The notes beneath the pieces were generated by a model. It saw only the letters and a program-made list of their open reading frames with translations, was not told the DNA's origin and did no database searches. This document shows, piece by piece, positions 20,010 to 29,758 of a stretch of DNA of 64,000 nt; the first letter of the stretch is position 1; the number at the start of each line of letters is the position of its first letter. Where the stretch lies: contig DASWCU010000064.1 of assembly GCA_036389935.1 (NCBI GenBank), forward strand, positions 3,628 to 67,627, given 5' to 3'. Origin of the DNA: Candidatus Limnocylindria bacterium. GTDB lineage: Bacteria; Chloroflexota; Limnocylindria; P2-11E. A program made the position numbers and the translations under genes.

Positions 20010-20947
20010 CAGACGACCACGCCGAGCGGACGATCGGCGACCGCGCGCCGGATGAGCAGCCGCGCGAGCGAGTTCACGATCAGCGCGACCACCAGCAGGA
20101 CCAGCGCGATCTCCACGATCGCGCTGAAGTAGGTGTCGCTGTCCGCCTCGGTGAACTGGTTGGCGATCGCGGACGCCATCGTGTAGCCGGGCGTGAAGAG
20201 CGAGCCGCTGATGTCGCGTGACGAGTTCCCGATCACGAGGGTGACGGCCATCGTCTCGCCGAACGCGCGCGCGACGCCGAGGACGGCGCCGCCGATGATC
20301 CCGGGCCGCGCGTACGGGAGGACCGCCCGGCTCACCGCCTCCCAGCGTGTCGCGCCGAGCCCGATCATCGCTTCGCGTTGCGTGGGCGGGACCGCCAGCA
20401 GCACCTCGCGCGAGACCGCGAGCAGGATCGGCAGGATCATGATCGCGAGGATCACGCCCCCGCTCAGCAGATCGAGCCCGATCGGCGCTCCGCTGAAGAG
20501 CCGTCCGATGACCGGCAGGCGGCCGAGCGTCGCCTGGAGGGCGGGCTCGACCGTCGATCGCATCACCGGGACGAGCACGAAGATCCCCCAGAGCCCGTAG
20601 ACGATGCTCGGGATGTACGCGAGGAGCTCGATGACGTACGCGACCGGCTCCCGCAGCCTTCGGGGCGCGAACTCCGTCAGGTACACCGCCGCGCCGACGG
20701 CGACCGGGATCGCGAGGACGACCGCGACCGCGGTCGTGACAAGCGTGCCGTACACGTAGGCGGCGGCCCCGAAGACGAGGTGCACGGGATCCCAGACGGT
20801 CGTGGTGAGGTACGACAGGCCGTAGCGTGTCAGCGACAGCCACGAGTCGCTGAGCAGCAGGACGATGATCGCCGTGAGCGTGAGCGGCACCAGCAGCGCC
20901 AGCGCCGTCACGCCCGCCGCGAACGCGCGGTCGGCGGTGCGGGTCAA
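20009..20947 (-). CDS. pstC: phosphate ABC transporter permease PstC
   Basis: PstC-type permease, 312 aa. Confidence 0.85.
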   Translation of the reverse strand: MTRTADRAFAAGVTALALLVPLTLTAIIVLLLSDSWLSLTRYGLSYLTTTVWDPVHLVFGAAAYVYGTLVTTAVAVVLAIPVAVGAAVYLTEFAPRRLREPVAYVIELLAYIPSIVYGLWGIFVLVPVMRSTVEPALQATLGRLPVIGRLFSGAPIGLDLLSGGVILAIMILPILLAVSREVLLAVPPTQREAMIGLGATRWEAVSRAVLPYARPGIIGGAVLGVARAFGETMAVTLVIGNSSRDISGSLFTPGYTMASAIANQFTEADSDTYFSAIVEIALVLLVVALIVNSLARLLIRRAVADRPLGVVV

Positions 20948-20953
20948 CGAGGG

Positions 20954-22081
20954 CTACTTCGGAAGGACAGGCTGCCCGCCGGAGGCGATGGACCGGATCT
21001 TGTCCTCCGCCTTGGCGACGACGTCCTTCGGCAGAGGCGCGTACCCGAGGTCCTTCGCGAAGGCCTGACCGTCGTGCGTGCTCCACCAGAAATAGCGCGC
21101 CAGGGCGAGGGCCTTGCCCTTGTCGGAGACGTCGGCGTAGGTGAGGGTCCAGGTGAAGCCTGAGACCGGATACGCGTCGGCGTTGTCGGAGTTGGTGATC
21201 GACACGCGCAGGTCAGGCGCGAGCGCGATGCCCTCGGCGGCCTTCGAGACGCTCTCCAGATCCGCCTCGACGAACTTGCCCTTCGCGTTCTGCACGATGC
21301 CGATGCCGAGCTTCTGCTGGATCGCGTAGATGAGCTCGACGTAACCGATCGAATAGGGCGTCTGCTTCACCGCGCCGGCGACGCCCTCGTTCCCCTTGCC
21401 ACCGATGCCGCCCGGCCAGTTCACGGAGTTGCCGAAGCCCACCTTCTGCTTCCACTCGGGGCTGATCTTGGACAGGTAATCGGTCCAGATGTACGTCGTA
21501 CCGGAGCCGTCAGACCGATGCACCGTCGTGATCGGCTGATCGGGGAGGCTCACCCCGGGGTTGGCCGCCGCGATCTTCGGGTCGTTCCAGCGCTTGACCG
21601 TCTCGAGGAAGATCCCCGCGAGGGCGTCGGGGGTGAACTTCAACGACGCCGTGACGCCCGGCACGTTGTAGGTCGCGACGTCCGCGCCCATGACCATCGG
21701 GATGTGCAGGATCGATGACTTCGCGTCCGTGAGCTGCTGATCGCTCATCGGGCCGTCGGTCGCACCGTAGTCGACGGTCTTGTCGGTGATCGACTTGATG
21801 CCCGCCCCCGAGCCCACGCTCTGGTAGTTGATCTGCACGCCGGTGAGCTTGTTGTACTCGTCGATCCACTTCGTGTAGATCACCGCCGGGAACGTCGCGC
21901 CGGCTCCGGTCAGGCTCTTCGCCTCGTCGCCGCAGGGCCCCTTGACCGGGAAGCACGCGTTCGCGGCGCCGCCTCCGGATCCGCCGCCTGATCCGCCGCC
22001 GCAGGCCGCGCCGAGCACGCCGAGCGCGAGGATCGCTCCGAGGAGCCGTCGAGGTCGGTACACGTTCACGTCCTTCTCCAC
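20954..22081 (-). CDS. pstS: phosphate-binding lipoprotein PstS
   Basis: Lipoprotein signal (LGAILALGVLGAACGGGSGG) and PstS body; the GTG at 22069 (preceded by GGAGAAGGA) may be the real start. Confidence 0.85.
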   Translation of the reverse strand: MEKDVNVYRPRRLLGAILALGVLGAACGGGSGGGSGGGAANACFPVKGPCGDEAKSLTGAGATFPAVIYTKWIDEYNKLTGVQINYQSVGSGAGIKSITDKTVDYGATDGPMSDQQLTDAKSSILHIPMVMGADVATYNVPGVTASLKFTPDALAGIFLETVKRWNDPKIAAANPGVSLPDQPITTVHRSDGSGTTYIWTDYLSKISPEWKQKVGFGNSVNWPGGIGGKGNEGVAGAVKQTPYSIGYVELIYAIQQKLGIGIVQNAKGKFVEADLESVSKAAEGIALAPDLRVSITNSDNADAYPVSGFTWTLTYADVSDKGKALALARYFWWSTHDGQAFAKDLGYAPLPKDVVAKAEDKIRSIASGGQPVLPK

Positions 22082-22131
22082 CTTCTCGCCATCGATGCTG
22101 GCGACCGGCGGTCAGTCGGACGTGAGCGTTC

Positions 22132-22149
22132 GGTGAACGCCCGGTGAAC
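22132..22149 (-). promoter_or_regulatory. PHO box: two GTTCACC direct repeats spaced 11 bp upstream of pstS
   Basis: On the pstS strand the site reads GTTCACCgggcGTTCACC; it lies between the regulator's stop and the pstS start and matches the actinobacterial PhoP direct-repeat site. Confidence 0.5.
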
Positions 22150-22848
22150 TCACGCGGGCTGGCGGTCCTCCTTGAATCGGTAGCCGACGCCGCGAAGCGT
22201 TTCGATCCAGTGCGGCGTGCCGGCGCTCTCGCCGAGGCGCTCGCGGAGCGTCTTCACGTGCGTGTCCACCGTGCGCGAGTCGCCGAGATGGCCGCCTCCC
22301 CACACGTTCTGAAGGAGCTGTTCCCGGCTGAAGACCTGGCCCGGATGGCGGGCGAGGAACAGGAGCAGGTCGAACTCCTTCGGTTTCAGCTCCACCTCCC
22401 GATCGCCGACCGTGACCCGATGGCGGGGCTCGTCGATCGTCAGGCCGCGGGCACGGATGGTGTCCGCCGTGGCGGACTCGGGGGGTCGGGAGGCGCGGCG
22501 CAGCATCGCTCGCACCCTCGCGACGAGCTCGCGCACGGAGAACGGCTTCACGAGGTAGTCGTCGGCCCCGATCTCGAGCCCGACGACCTTGTCGAACTCG
22601 CTGTCACGTGCGGTCAACATCAGGATCGGGACCCCACTCGTCCGTCGGATGCGCCGGCAGACCTCGAGCCCATCGATCTTGGGCAGCATCAGGTCGAGCA
22701 CCACGAGATCGGGCTCCGACGTGCGGAAGACTTCCAGCCCGGCCTCGCCGTCCGCGGCGCCGATCACCTCGAACCGTTCTTGGCGCAGCGCATAGCCAAG
22801 CGTGTGGCGGAGATTCGCCTCATCGTCGATCACGAGGATGCGGGTCAC
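22150..22848 (-). CDS. OmpR-family response regulator (PhoP/RegX3-like)
   Basis: Receiver 'ILVIDDE...DLVVLDLMLP', winged-helix C-domain 'TLRGVGYRF'. Confidence 0.85.
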   Translation of the reverse strand: MTRILVIDDEANLRHTLGYALRQERFEVIGAADGEAGLEVFRTSEPDLVVLDLMLPKIDGLEVCRRIRRTSGVPILMLTARDSEFDKVVGLEIGADDYLVKPFSVRELVARVRAMLRRASRPPESATADTIRARGLTIDEPRHRVTVGDREVELKPKEFDLLLFLARHPGQVFSREQLLQNVWGGGHLGDSRTVDTHVKTLRERLGESAGTPHWIETLRGVGYRFKEDRQPA

Positions 22849-22891
22849 CGCGAAGGGAGGCTAACACCGGAGCTTCGCACCGCCGCTCCGG

Positions 22892-24628
22892 TCACACCGT
22901 TGGCAGGGTGAACGTGAACGTCGCGCCGCGCGGGCCATCGCTGTCGACGCGGATCTCCCCGCCGTGCGCCTGCACGATGTGCTTCACGATCGCGAGCCCG
23001 AGGCCGCTGCCGCCGCCCCCGCGGCTGCGGTCCGTCTTGTAGAAGCGCTCGAAGATCCGTTCCCGCTCGTGCAGCGCGATGCCCTCACCCGTATCAGCGA
23101 CACTGAACGCGACGCTGCGGTCCCGTGTGGCGGCGGAGAGCCGGATGGTGCCGCCGGCGGGGGTGTGCTTCGTCGCGTTGTGGATGAGGTTCGCGAACAC
23201 CTGATCGATGCGCTCGCGGTCCGCGAGCACCGTGGGCAGGTCCGCTGCCGTGACGAGGAGGTCGATGCCGGCGCGCGCCGCGAGCGCTGCCATCCGGTCC
23301 TGTGCGTGCCGGAGGAGCTCGGCGGGCGCGACGGGCTCGCGGCGGATCGCCGCGTCGCCGGCCTCGAAGCGGCCGAGCGTTAGGAGCTCCTCCACGAGCC
23401 GGGCGAGGTCGCCGATCTCGATCTCCATCCGACGGACGAAGTCGCGCGCAGCGTCGCGATCGTCGATCGCGCCCGCGCCGAGCGTCTCGGCGATCGCCTT
23501 GAGCGACGCGAGCGGTGTACGCAGCTCGTGGGACACATTCGCGACGAAGTCGCGCCGGACCGTCTCCAGACGGCGGAGGTTCGTCAGATCCTGGATCACG
23601 AGCAGCAGCTCGCCGCCGGCGAGCAGGCGGGTGATGATCCGCTCGAACCGCGCCGGCTCCGCGCGCTCGAGCTGCCCGACCTCGTCGGCGTCGGCGCGCG
23701 CCGCGCCGATCGCCTCGATGACCTCGTGGTCGCGGACGACCTCGACGAGGCGACGGCCGACCGGTTCCGGTACCCCGAGCCGCCGCGCGGCCGCCCGGTT
23801 CGCTCGGAGGATCCGCCCGTCCGCCGAAGCGATCACGACCGCGTCCGCCAGCTCGTCGATGAGCACCGCGAGGCGGTCGCGCTCGAGCTCGGCGCGTTCG
23901 CGCTCGCCAATGATCACGCTCGACATCCGCCGCAACGCGCCGCCGAGCCGAGCGACCTCGTCCGGCCCGCCGACCGCGAAGCTCGCCGCGTCGCCGCGCG
24001 CCAACCGCTCCGCACCGGCCGTCAGGCGCGCGATCGGTCGCGTGACCTGGCGCACCAAGATCGCCAGGACGACGACCACGATGAGCAGAGCGCCGAGCCC
24101 GGAAGCGACGATGAGGCCGACCAGCGGTGCCGTGAGCGAGCGGAGCGTCGAAAGAGGAAGCGCGGTGCGCGCGACCCCCACGATCGTCGCTCCATCGCGC
24201 ACCGGCACCGCGACGTACACCAGGTCGAGGCCGACCGTGGCCGAACGACGGATCACGGAGCCGGTATCACCCGCGAGGGCCGCGGCGACCTCGGGCCGGC
24301 TTGAGTGATTCTCCATGGTCCGCCGATCCTCATCCGACTCGCCGAGTACGACGCCGGTCCGACCGATGATCGTGATCCGTACGCCCGCGCTGCTCGCGAG
24401 CCGGTGCGCGAGCGCGTCCAGCGCGTCGGCATCTTCCGCGCGCAGGCCGTCCCGCGACAGCTCGGCGACGATGCCGGCTTCGCTCGCGAGCCGGTCGCGC
24501 AGCGCATCGCCATCGTGTTCCTGCGCGATCAGGGGCGCGACGACTGCGAGGAAGAGGAGGCCAGCGAGGAAGCCGACGACCGACGCCGCGACGATGCGGC
24601 CCGCGAGCGTGCGGGGCGGAACGCGCAC
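22892..24628 (-). CDS. sensor histidine kinase (PhoR/SenX3-like: TM-HAMP-PAS-HisKA-HATPase)
   Basis: H-box 'VSHELRTPL', N/G boxes 'NLIHNATKHT', 'DTGEGI', 'GGSGLGLAIVK'. Confidence 0.8.
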   Translation of the reverse strand: MRVPPRTLAGRIVAASVVGFLAGLLFLAVVAPLIAQEHDGDALRDRLASEAGIVAELSRDGLRAEDADALDALAHRLASSAGVRITIIGRTGVVLGESDEDRRTMENHSSRPEVAAALAGDTGSVIRRSATVGLDLVYVAVPVRDGATIVGVARTALPLSTLRSLTAPLVGLIVASGLGALLIVVVVLAILVRQVTRPIARLTAGAERLARGDAASFAVGGPDEVARLGGALRRMSSVIIGERERAELERDRLAVLIDELADAVVIASADGRILRANRAAARRLGVPEPVGRRLVEVVRDHEVIEAIGAARADADEVGQLERAEPARFERIITRLLAGGELLLVIQDLTNLRRLETVRRDFVANVSHELRTPLASLKAIAETLGAGAIDDRDAARDFVRRMEIEIGDLARLVEELLTLGRFEAGDAAIRREPVAPAELLRHAQDRMAALAARAGIDLLVTAADLPTVLADRERIDQVFANLIHNATKHTPAGGTIRLSAATRDRSVAFSVADTGEGIALHERERIFERFYKTDRSRGGGGSGLGLAIVKHIVQAHGGEIRVDSDGPRGATFTFTLPTV

Positions 24629-24684
24629 GACGTCAGCGTAGGCGGGTGGTCTGCCTAGACTCGGCTCGAGGGGGAGCGATACGT

Positions 24685-25872
24685 ATGGCGCGGATCATCG
24701 TCTACACGGGGAAGGGCGGCGTCGGGAAGACCAGCGTCGCGGCGGCCACGGCGCTCGCCTGCGCCGAGCGCGGCCAACGCACGATCGTGATCTCCACCGA
24801 CATCGCCCACAGCCTCGCCGACTCGTTCGACCTGCCACTCGGCGCCGAGCCGACTCCGATCGTGCCGAACCTCTGGGGCCAGGAATCCGACGTGTATCAC
24901 AACATCCGGAAGTACTGGGGAACGATCCAGGCCTACGTGACGAGCGTCTTCCAGTGGCGCGGCCTCGACGCGGTCCTGGCCGAGGAGATGACCATCATCC
25001 CCGGCATGGACGAGCTGTCGAGCCTCCTGTGGATCGCCGAGCACCACGACAGCGGCGCCTACGACGTCATCGTCGTCGACGCCGCGCCGACCGGCGAGAC
25101 CGTGCGCCTGCTGTCGCTCCCCGAGGCGGGCCGCTGGTGGCTGGAGCGGATCTTCCCGATCCAGCGACGCGCCGTGCAGCTCGCCGGGCCGGTGCTCCGC
25201 CGGGTCATGGGCCTGCCGTTGCCGGACGACGCGGTCTTCGTCGCCGGAGAGCAGCTCTTCCGCCGGCTCGATCACATGCAGGCATTGCTCAGCGATACGG
25301 CGAAGAGCTCGGTCCGGTTGGTCCTGAACCTCGAAAAGATGGTGATCAAGGAGGCGCAGCGCTCGTTCACGTACTTCCATCTCTTCGGGTACCCGACCGA
25401 TCTGGTCGTCTGTAATCGCGTCCTTCCGAGCGGTACGGGCACCTACTTCGAGGCGTGGCGCGAGGCGCAGCAGCGTTACATGCCGATGGTCGAGGAATCC
25501 TTCGCGCCGGTGCCCCTCCGGAGCGTTCCGTTCTTCGAACGCGAGGTCGTCGGGATCCCGATGCTGCGCGAGCTCGCGCGCGTCCTCTTCGGGGACGACG
25601 ACCCCGCGGCGTTCTTCTACCGGGGCCGGCCGTACACCGTCCGGCGCGAGGACGGCACCTTCGTGCTGTCGCTGGAGCTCCCGTTCACTTCGAAGGAGGA
25701 CGTCACGTGCGTTCGGAACGCCGACGAGCTCGTGCTTCAGGTCGGCAGCTGGCGCCGGAACCTCATCCTGCCGCACATACTTGTCGACGCACCCACCCAG
25801 AGCGCAAAGTTCGATGGCAACACCCTGCGGATCGAGTTCGCGGCGCCGCCGCGGGCGACGGGAGGACGATGA
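24685..25872 (+). CDS. ArsA/GET3-family ATPase with C-terminal HSP20-like domain
   Basis: P-loop 'GKGGVGKTS' and ArsA-like body; C-terminus resembles the ArsA_HSP20 beta-sandwich; ATG with RBS GAGGGGGAG. Confidence 0.75.
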   Translation: MARIIVYTGKGGVGKTSVAAATALACAERGQRTIVISTDIAHSLADSFDLPLGAEPTPIVPNLWGQESDVYHNIRKYWGTIQAYVTSVFQWRGLDAVLAEEMTIIPGMDELSSLLWIAEHHDSGAYDVIVVDAAPTGETVRLLSLPEAGRWWLERIFPIQRRAVQLAGPVLRRVMGLPLPDDAVFVAGEQLFRRLDHMQALLSDTAKSSVRLVLNLEKMVIKEAQRSFTYFHLFGYPTDLVVCNRVLPSGTGTYFEAWREAQQRYMPMVEESFAPVPLRSVPFFEREVVGIPMLRELARVLFGDDDPAAFFYRGRPYTVRREDGTFVLSLELPFTSKEDVTCVRNADELVLQVGSWRRNLILPHILVDAPTQSAKFDGNTLRIEFAAPPRATGGR

Positions 25873-26129
25873 TGGCCACCACGGCAGACCTCGAAGCGCG
25901 CATCGCCGAGCTGGAGCAGCGCATCCGCACCATGGAAGCCGAGAACGCGGTCCCCGGGGCGGTGCGTTCGTTCGTCGACGCGATGTTCCCCGGTGACGTG
26001 CGCCAGCACATGCGCGCCGCGCGCAAGGAGCAGCTCCTCGCGATGCGGTCGTTCCTCGATCACTGGATCGAGAAGGCGGACGAGACCCAGGGGTCGCCTC
26101 GTCGGAGGGAGAGCATCACGGTCGAGTGA
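25869..26129 (+). CDS. hypothetical small coiled-coil protein, ATGA-coupled to the ArsA-like gene
   Basis: RBS GGAGGACG; 'ADLEARIAELEQRIRTMEAE' coiled coil. Confidence 0.45.
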   Translation: MMATTADLEARIAELEQRIRTMEAENAVPGAVRSFVDAMFPGDVRQHMRAARKEQLLAMRSFLDHWIEKADETQGSPRRRESITVE

Positions 26130-26153
26130 GCGGGCCGCGCGATCGAGGGCCGG

Positions 26154-26321
26154 CTACTTCTTCTTCGTTTCGCCCTTCTTCCGCCGGGTCTTGTTCGTGG
26201 TCGCGGCGGCGATCCGTTTCGCGACCTTCGGGCTGCGGCCGCTCGATTCCTCGCTCTTCTTGATGTGCTCGTACTGACGGGTTCGCTTCGCGCTCTTCAC
26301 ACCACGTGGCGGCACGGTCAT
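26154..26321 (-). CDS. small Lys/Arg-rich basic protein (55 aa)
   Basis: ATG with RBS GGAGGTG; 'MTVPPRGVKSAKRTRQYEHIKK...RRKKGETKKK'; high GC3. Confidence 0.5.
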   Translation of the reverse strand: MTVPPRGVKSAKRTRQYEHIKKSEESSGRSPKVAKRIAAATTNKTRRKKGETKKK

Positions 26322-26347
26322 CACCTCCGCGGCGGCGTGTCTGCACG

Positions 26348-26917
26348 GTGCGCGCCAGTCCGGTGACGACCGCCCTGGCGCCGACGGTCCGTTGCGCGTG
26401 GGCGCTGCAGAGTCCCGCGTTACGCGCCTACCACGATCGCGAGTGGGGCCGGCCCGTCCGCGGTGACGCACGCCTCTTCGAGCGGATCGTCCTCGAAGGT
26501 GCCCAGGCTGGACTGTCCTGGTCGACGATCCTGGCGAAGCGGCCCGCATACCGCCGCGCGTTCGCCGGCTTCGAGCCCGACCGGGTCGCGCGGTTCGGCG
26601 AGCGTGATGAGGAGCGACTGATGATGGACGCCGGGATCGTTCGCAACCGGGCGAAGATCCGCTCGGCGATCGTCAACGCGCGGCGGTACCTCGCCCTGCG
26701 CGCCGAGGTCGGCGGCGTGGCGCGTTACCTGGGCACGTTCACCGATCCCGTCGCGCTCTCGCGCGATCTGCGCCGGCGTGGCTTCACCTTCGTGGGGCCG
26801 ACGATCTGCGAGTCCGTGCTCCAGGCGATCGGCGTGCTCGACGGGCACGTGCCCGGCTGCGCGGCGCGTCCGTCCCGCCGGACCGCGCGGCGGCGTCCCG
26901 AGGCGCTGCCGTCGTAG
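26348..26917 (+). CDS. tag: DNA-3-methyladenine glycosylase I (Tag)
   Basis: 'CAWALQSPALRAYHDREWG' matches the Tag N-terminus CGW…YHD.EWG; start is one of two in-frame GTGs (26348 or 26363); the upstream part of the ORF overlaps the divergent small gene. Confidence 0.7.
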   Translation: MRASPVTTALAPTVRCAWALQSPALRAYHDREWGRPVRGDARLFERIVLEGAQAGLSWSTILAKRPAYRRAFAGFEPDRVARFGERDEERLMMDAGIVRNRAKIRSAIVNARRYLALRAEVGGVARYLGTFTDPVALSRDLRRRGFTFVGPTICESVLQAIGVLDGHVPGCAARPSRRTARRRPEALPS

Positions 26918-27098
26918 ACGCTCCGCCCAGCTACCCCGTCGCCCTCACCTGAGCCGCGGTCCGCACCGAACGGCACAGCCCTCGCCGGTCGGCGCGAGCC
27001 TCCGCACGACCCGGCGCGTCGGCGCTGCCGACGCCGTGCCCGCTCCTCCGACGGCCACGATCGCGGATGAATGTGCCAAATGATGCGGTAATCCGGGG

Positions 27099-27127
27099 TT
27101 GGCAAGAAGGTACGGCACCCGTATATT
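27099..27127 (+). promoter_or_regulatory. sigma70-type promoter (TTGGCA-17-TATATT) upstream of marR
   Basis: -35 TTGGCA 27099-27104, 17-nt spacer, -10 TATATT 27122-27127, in an AT-richer stretch 28 bp upstream of the marR ATG. Confidence 0.45.
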
Positions 27128-27154
27128 TCGTCAGATGAACTATTCGGGCGTCGA

Positions 27155-27652
27155 ATGAACCTGCGATCAAGCGCTTCGTCGCCGGCGACCGATGCCGACC
27201 GTCGGCTGGCCCAGCTCGTCGTCGGGCTCCTTCCCCGCCTCGGTCGGCTGATGTCCGATGCGCTGCGGAGCGCCGCCGGGCCGTCGGCCGTTCGGGTGCG
27301 GCTGCTCTCGGCGCTCGCCCACAAGGGTCCCACCCGGGCCGGTGAGCTCGCGACGTTCTGCGCGACGACGCCGTCGGGCGTGACCGAGCTCATCGAGTCG
27401 CTCGAGGCAGACGGTCACGTGCGGCGCGGGCCGGACCCCACCGATCGCCGCGTGGTGGTCATCTCGCTCACCGAGCACGGCCGGGCCGAGCTCGTCCGGG
27501 CCGAAGCGCTCGTGACCGCGGCGGTGACCCGCGCGCTCGACAGGCTCACCCCGGAGCAGCGGGCGCGCCTCGTGGCCGCGCTCGCCGACCTGAACGAGAT
27601 CCTCGCCTCGACATCCCAGGCCCACCACAAGGAGAACGCCAATGTCCACTGA
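27155..27652 (+). CDS. MarR-family transcriptional regulator
   Basis: wHTH 'GPTRAGELATFCATTPSGVTELIESLEADGHVRRGPDPTDRRVV'. Confidence 0.8.
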   Translation: MNLRSSASSPATDADRRLAQLVVGLLPRLGRLMSDALRSAAGPSAVRVRLLSALAHKGPTRAGELATFCATTPSGVTELIESLEADGHVRRGPDPTDRRVVVISLTEHGRAELVRAEALVTAAVTRALDRLTPEQRARLVAALADLNEILASTSQAHHKENANVH

Positions 27653-29240
27653 GCTGCGCGGCGGGCGTCTCGCCGTCGTCACGATCGGCGTGATGCTCGC
27701 CCTCTTCCTCGCGGCGCTCGATCAGACCATCGTCGGCACGGCGCTGCCCCGCATCGTCGCGGAGCTGCACGGCCTGGACTACTACGCGTGGGTCCTCACC
27801 GCCTATCTGGTCGCGTCCACGACGATGACCCCGATCTCGGGCAAGCTCGGCGACCTCTTCGGTCGCAAGCCGCTGCTCCTCGTGGGCATGGTCGGCTTCG
27901 TCCTCGCGTCCGCGCTCTGCGGCCAGTCGCAGGACATGCTCCAGCTCGTTCTCTTCCGGGGGCTGCAGGGCCTCTTCGCCGGCGTGCTGATGTCGACGGT
28001 GTTCGCGTCGGTGGCCGACCTCTACCCGCTCGAGCGGCGAGGCCGGATCCAGGGCGTCCTGGGCGGCGTGTTCGGCCTGAGCTCGATCATCGGCCCGACC
28101 CTCGGCGGGTTCCTCACCGACAACGTCGGGTGGCGCTGGGTCTTCTACGTGAACATCCCGGTCGGCGTGCTCGCGATCGCGTTCGTGCTCCTGACGATGC
28201 CGCGGACCGAGCATCACGCGACGTGGCGTGACATCGACTTCCTCGGCGCCGCCGCCCTCGCGGCCGGCCTCGTGCCCATGCTCATCGCCTTCTCGATCAC
28301 CCGTGACCACGCCTGGGGCTCGCCCGAGGTGCTCGGCCTGCTCGGCTTCTCCGCCGCCGTGCTCGTGGGGTTCTACTTCCTCGAGCGGCGAGTGGAGCAC
28401 CCGATCGTCCCGTTCGAGCTGTTCCGTGATCGGACCTTCGCGGTGTCCGTGGGCGTCGGCTTCCTGGTGGCGGTCGGGTTCTTCGGCGCGATCATCTACG
28501 TGCCGCTGATCTATCAGGGCGTGCTGGGGATCGCGGCCACGAACTCGGGCCTCCTGATCACCCCGATGATGCTCGGCCTGGTCACCGGCAGCGTCGTCAC
28601 CGGCCAGCTCATGCCCCGGGTCAGGCGGTACCGCTTCATCGGCACCGTCGGCATCGGCCTGATCGCGATCGGCGTCTACCTCATGTCCCAGATCACGACG
28701 GCGACGACGGAGCCCGAGGTCGTGCGCGATCTCGTGCTCGCCGGCCTCGGCGTCGGCACCACGTTCCCGCTCTACCTCAACTCGAGCCAGGCGGCGGTGA
28801 GCCCGCGCTACATCGGCGTCGTGACGAGCCAGATCACGTTCTTCCGGAACATCGGCGCGACCGTCGGCGTGGCCGTGCTCGGCGCCGTCCTCTCGCAGCG
28901 GCTGCCCGGGTACATCGCGGAGAAGGTCGGAGCGCTCGATCTCCCGCCTCAGGCCCGGGCGCTGATGTCGTCGAGCTCGACGAACAGCCAGCAGCTCTTC
29001 GACCCGTCGGCGATCGCCGCGACGAGGGCCCAGCTCGGGCCGCAGCTCGCGCCGCTCTTCGACCAGGTCGTGATCGCCATCCGGAGCGCGCTGGCCACCA
29101 CGCTGCACGATGTCTTCACGTACACGCTCGCAGCGGTGCTGGTGGCGATGGTCCTCTCGGTCTTCCTCCGGGACGTGCCGATCCGCTCGCCGGATCGCGA
29201 GCGGCGCGTGGGCGTCGGCGCCCCGGCCTTCGGGGACTAG
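27642..29240 (+). CDS. MFS DHA2-family (EmrB/QacA-like, 14 TM) efflux transporter
   Basis: 532 aa, motif A 'GKLGDLFGRKP', 14 predicted helices; overlaps marR by 11 nt (regulator-pump pair). Confidence 0.85.
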   Translation: MSTELRGGRLAVVTIGVMLALFLAALDQTIVGTALPRIVAELHGLDYYAWVLTAYLVASTTMTPISGKLGDLFGRKPLLLVGMVGFVLASALCGQSQDMLQLVLFRGLQGLFAGVLMSTVFASVADLYPLERRGRIQGVLGGVFGLSSIIGPTLGGFLTDNVGWRWVFYVNIPVGVLAIAFVLLTMPRTEHHATWRDIDFLGAAALAAGLVPMLIAFSITRDHAWGSPEVLGLLGFSAAVLVGFYFLERRVEHPIVPFELFRDRTFAVSVGVGFLVAVGFFGAIIYVPLIYQGVLGIAATNSGLLITPMMLGLVTGSVVTGQLMPRVRRYRFIGTVGIGLIAIGVYLMSQITTATTEPEVVRDLVLAGLGVGTTFPLYLNSSQAAVSPRYIGVVTSQITFFRNIGATVGVAVLGAVLSQRLPGYIAEKVGALDLPPQARALMSSSSTNSQQLFDPSAIAATRAQLGPQLAPLFDQVVIAIRSALATTLHDVFTYTLAAVLVAMVLSVFLRDVPIRSPDRERRVGVGAPAFGD

Positions 29241-29758
29241 CCGGAGCTTCCCGGGCCGCGCCCGACCCGGCGCTTGATGGCCGCTTCCATCTCGCGCCGG
29301 GTCTCGCGCTCGCGGATGACCTGCCGCTTGTCGTAGCGCCGCTTCCCCTTGCCGAGCCCGAGCTCGACCTTCGCCACGCCGTTGCGGATGTAGAGGCGGA
29401 GGGGGACGATCGTGTATCCCTGCTGGGCGACCGCGCCGGCGAGCGTCCCGATCTCGTCACGATGGAGCAGCAGCCTGCGCGGCCGGATCGGGTCGTGGTT
29501 CTCCCATGACGCGTGCTTCCACGGCGCGATGTGCACGTTCCGCAGCCAGGCTTGGCCCCGATCGATCTTCGCGTAGCCGTCCGCGAGGTTCACGTGCCCC
29601 GCCCGCACCGACTTGATCTCCGTGCCGGTGAGGGCGAGGCCGGCCTCGAGACGCCGCTCGATCGCGTAGTTGAACGTCGCCTTTCGGTTGTCGGCGATGA
29701 TCCGGGGGGCGCGTTCCTCGTCCGCATCCGCGGGGGGCGTCCTCGTGCCGGCCTTCAT
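29237..29758 (-). CDS. smpB: SsrA-binding protein SmpB
   Basis: 'KATFNYAIERRLEAGLALTGTEIKSVR...LLLHRDEI' SmpB family. Confidence 0.85.
   Translation of the reverse strand: MKAGTRTPPADADEERAPRIIADNRKATFNYAIERRLEAGLALTGTEIKSVRAGHVNLADGYAKIDRGQAWLRNVHIAPWKHASWENHDPIRPRRLLLHRDEIGTLAGAVAQQGYTIVPLRLYIRNGVAKVELGLGKGKRRYDKRQVIRERETRREMEAAIKRRVGRGPGSSG

Noticed and set aside
26725-27393. 222-aa minus-strand ORF across the tag 3' end and marR promoter
   Set aside because: Antisense to tag and spans the AT-rich promoter. Ser/Arg-rich translation with no motifs.
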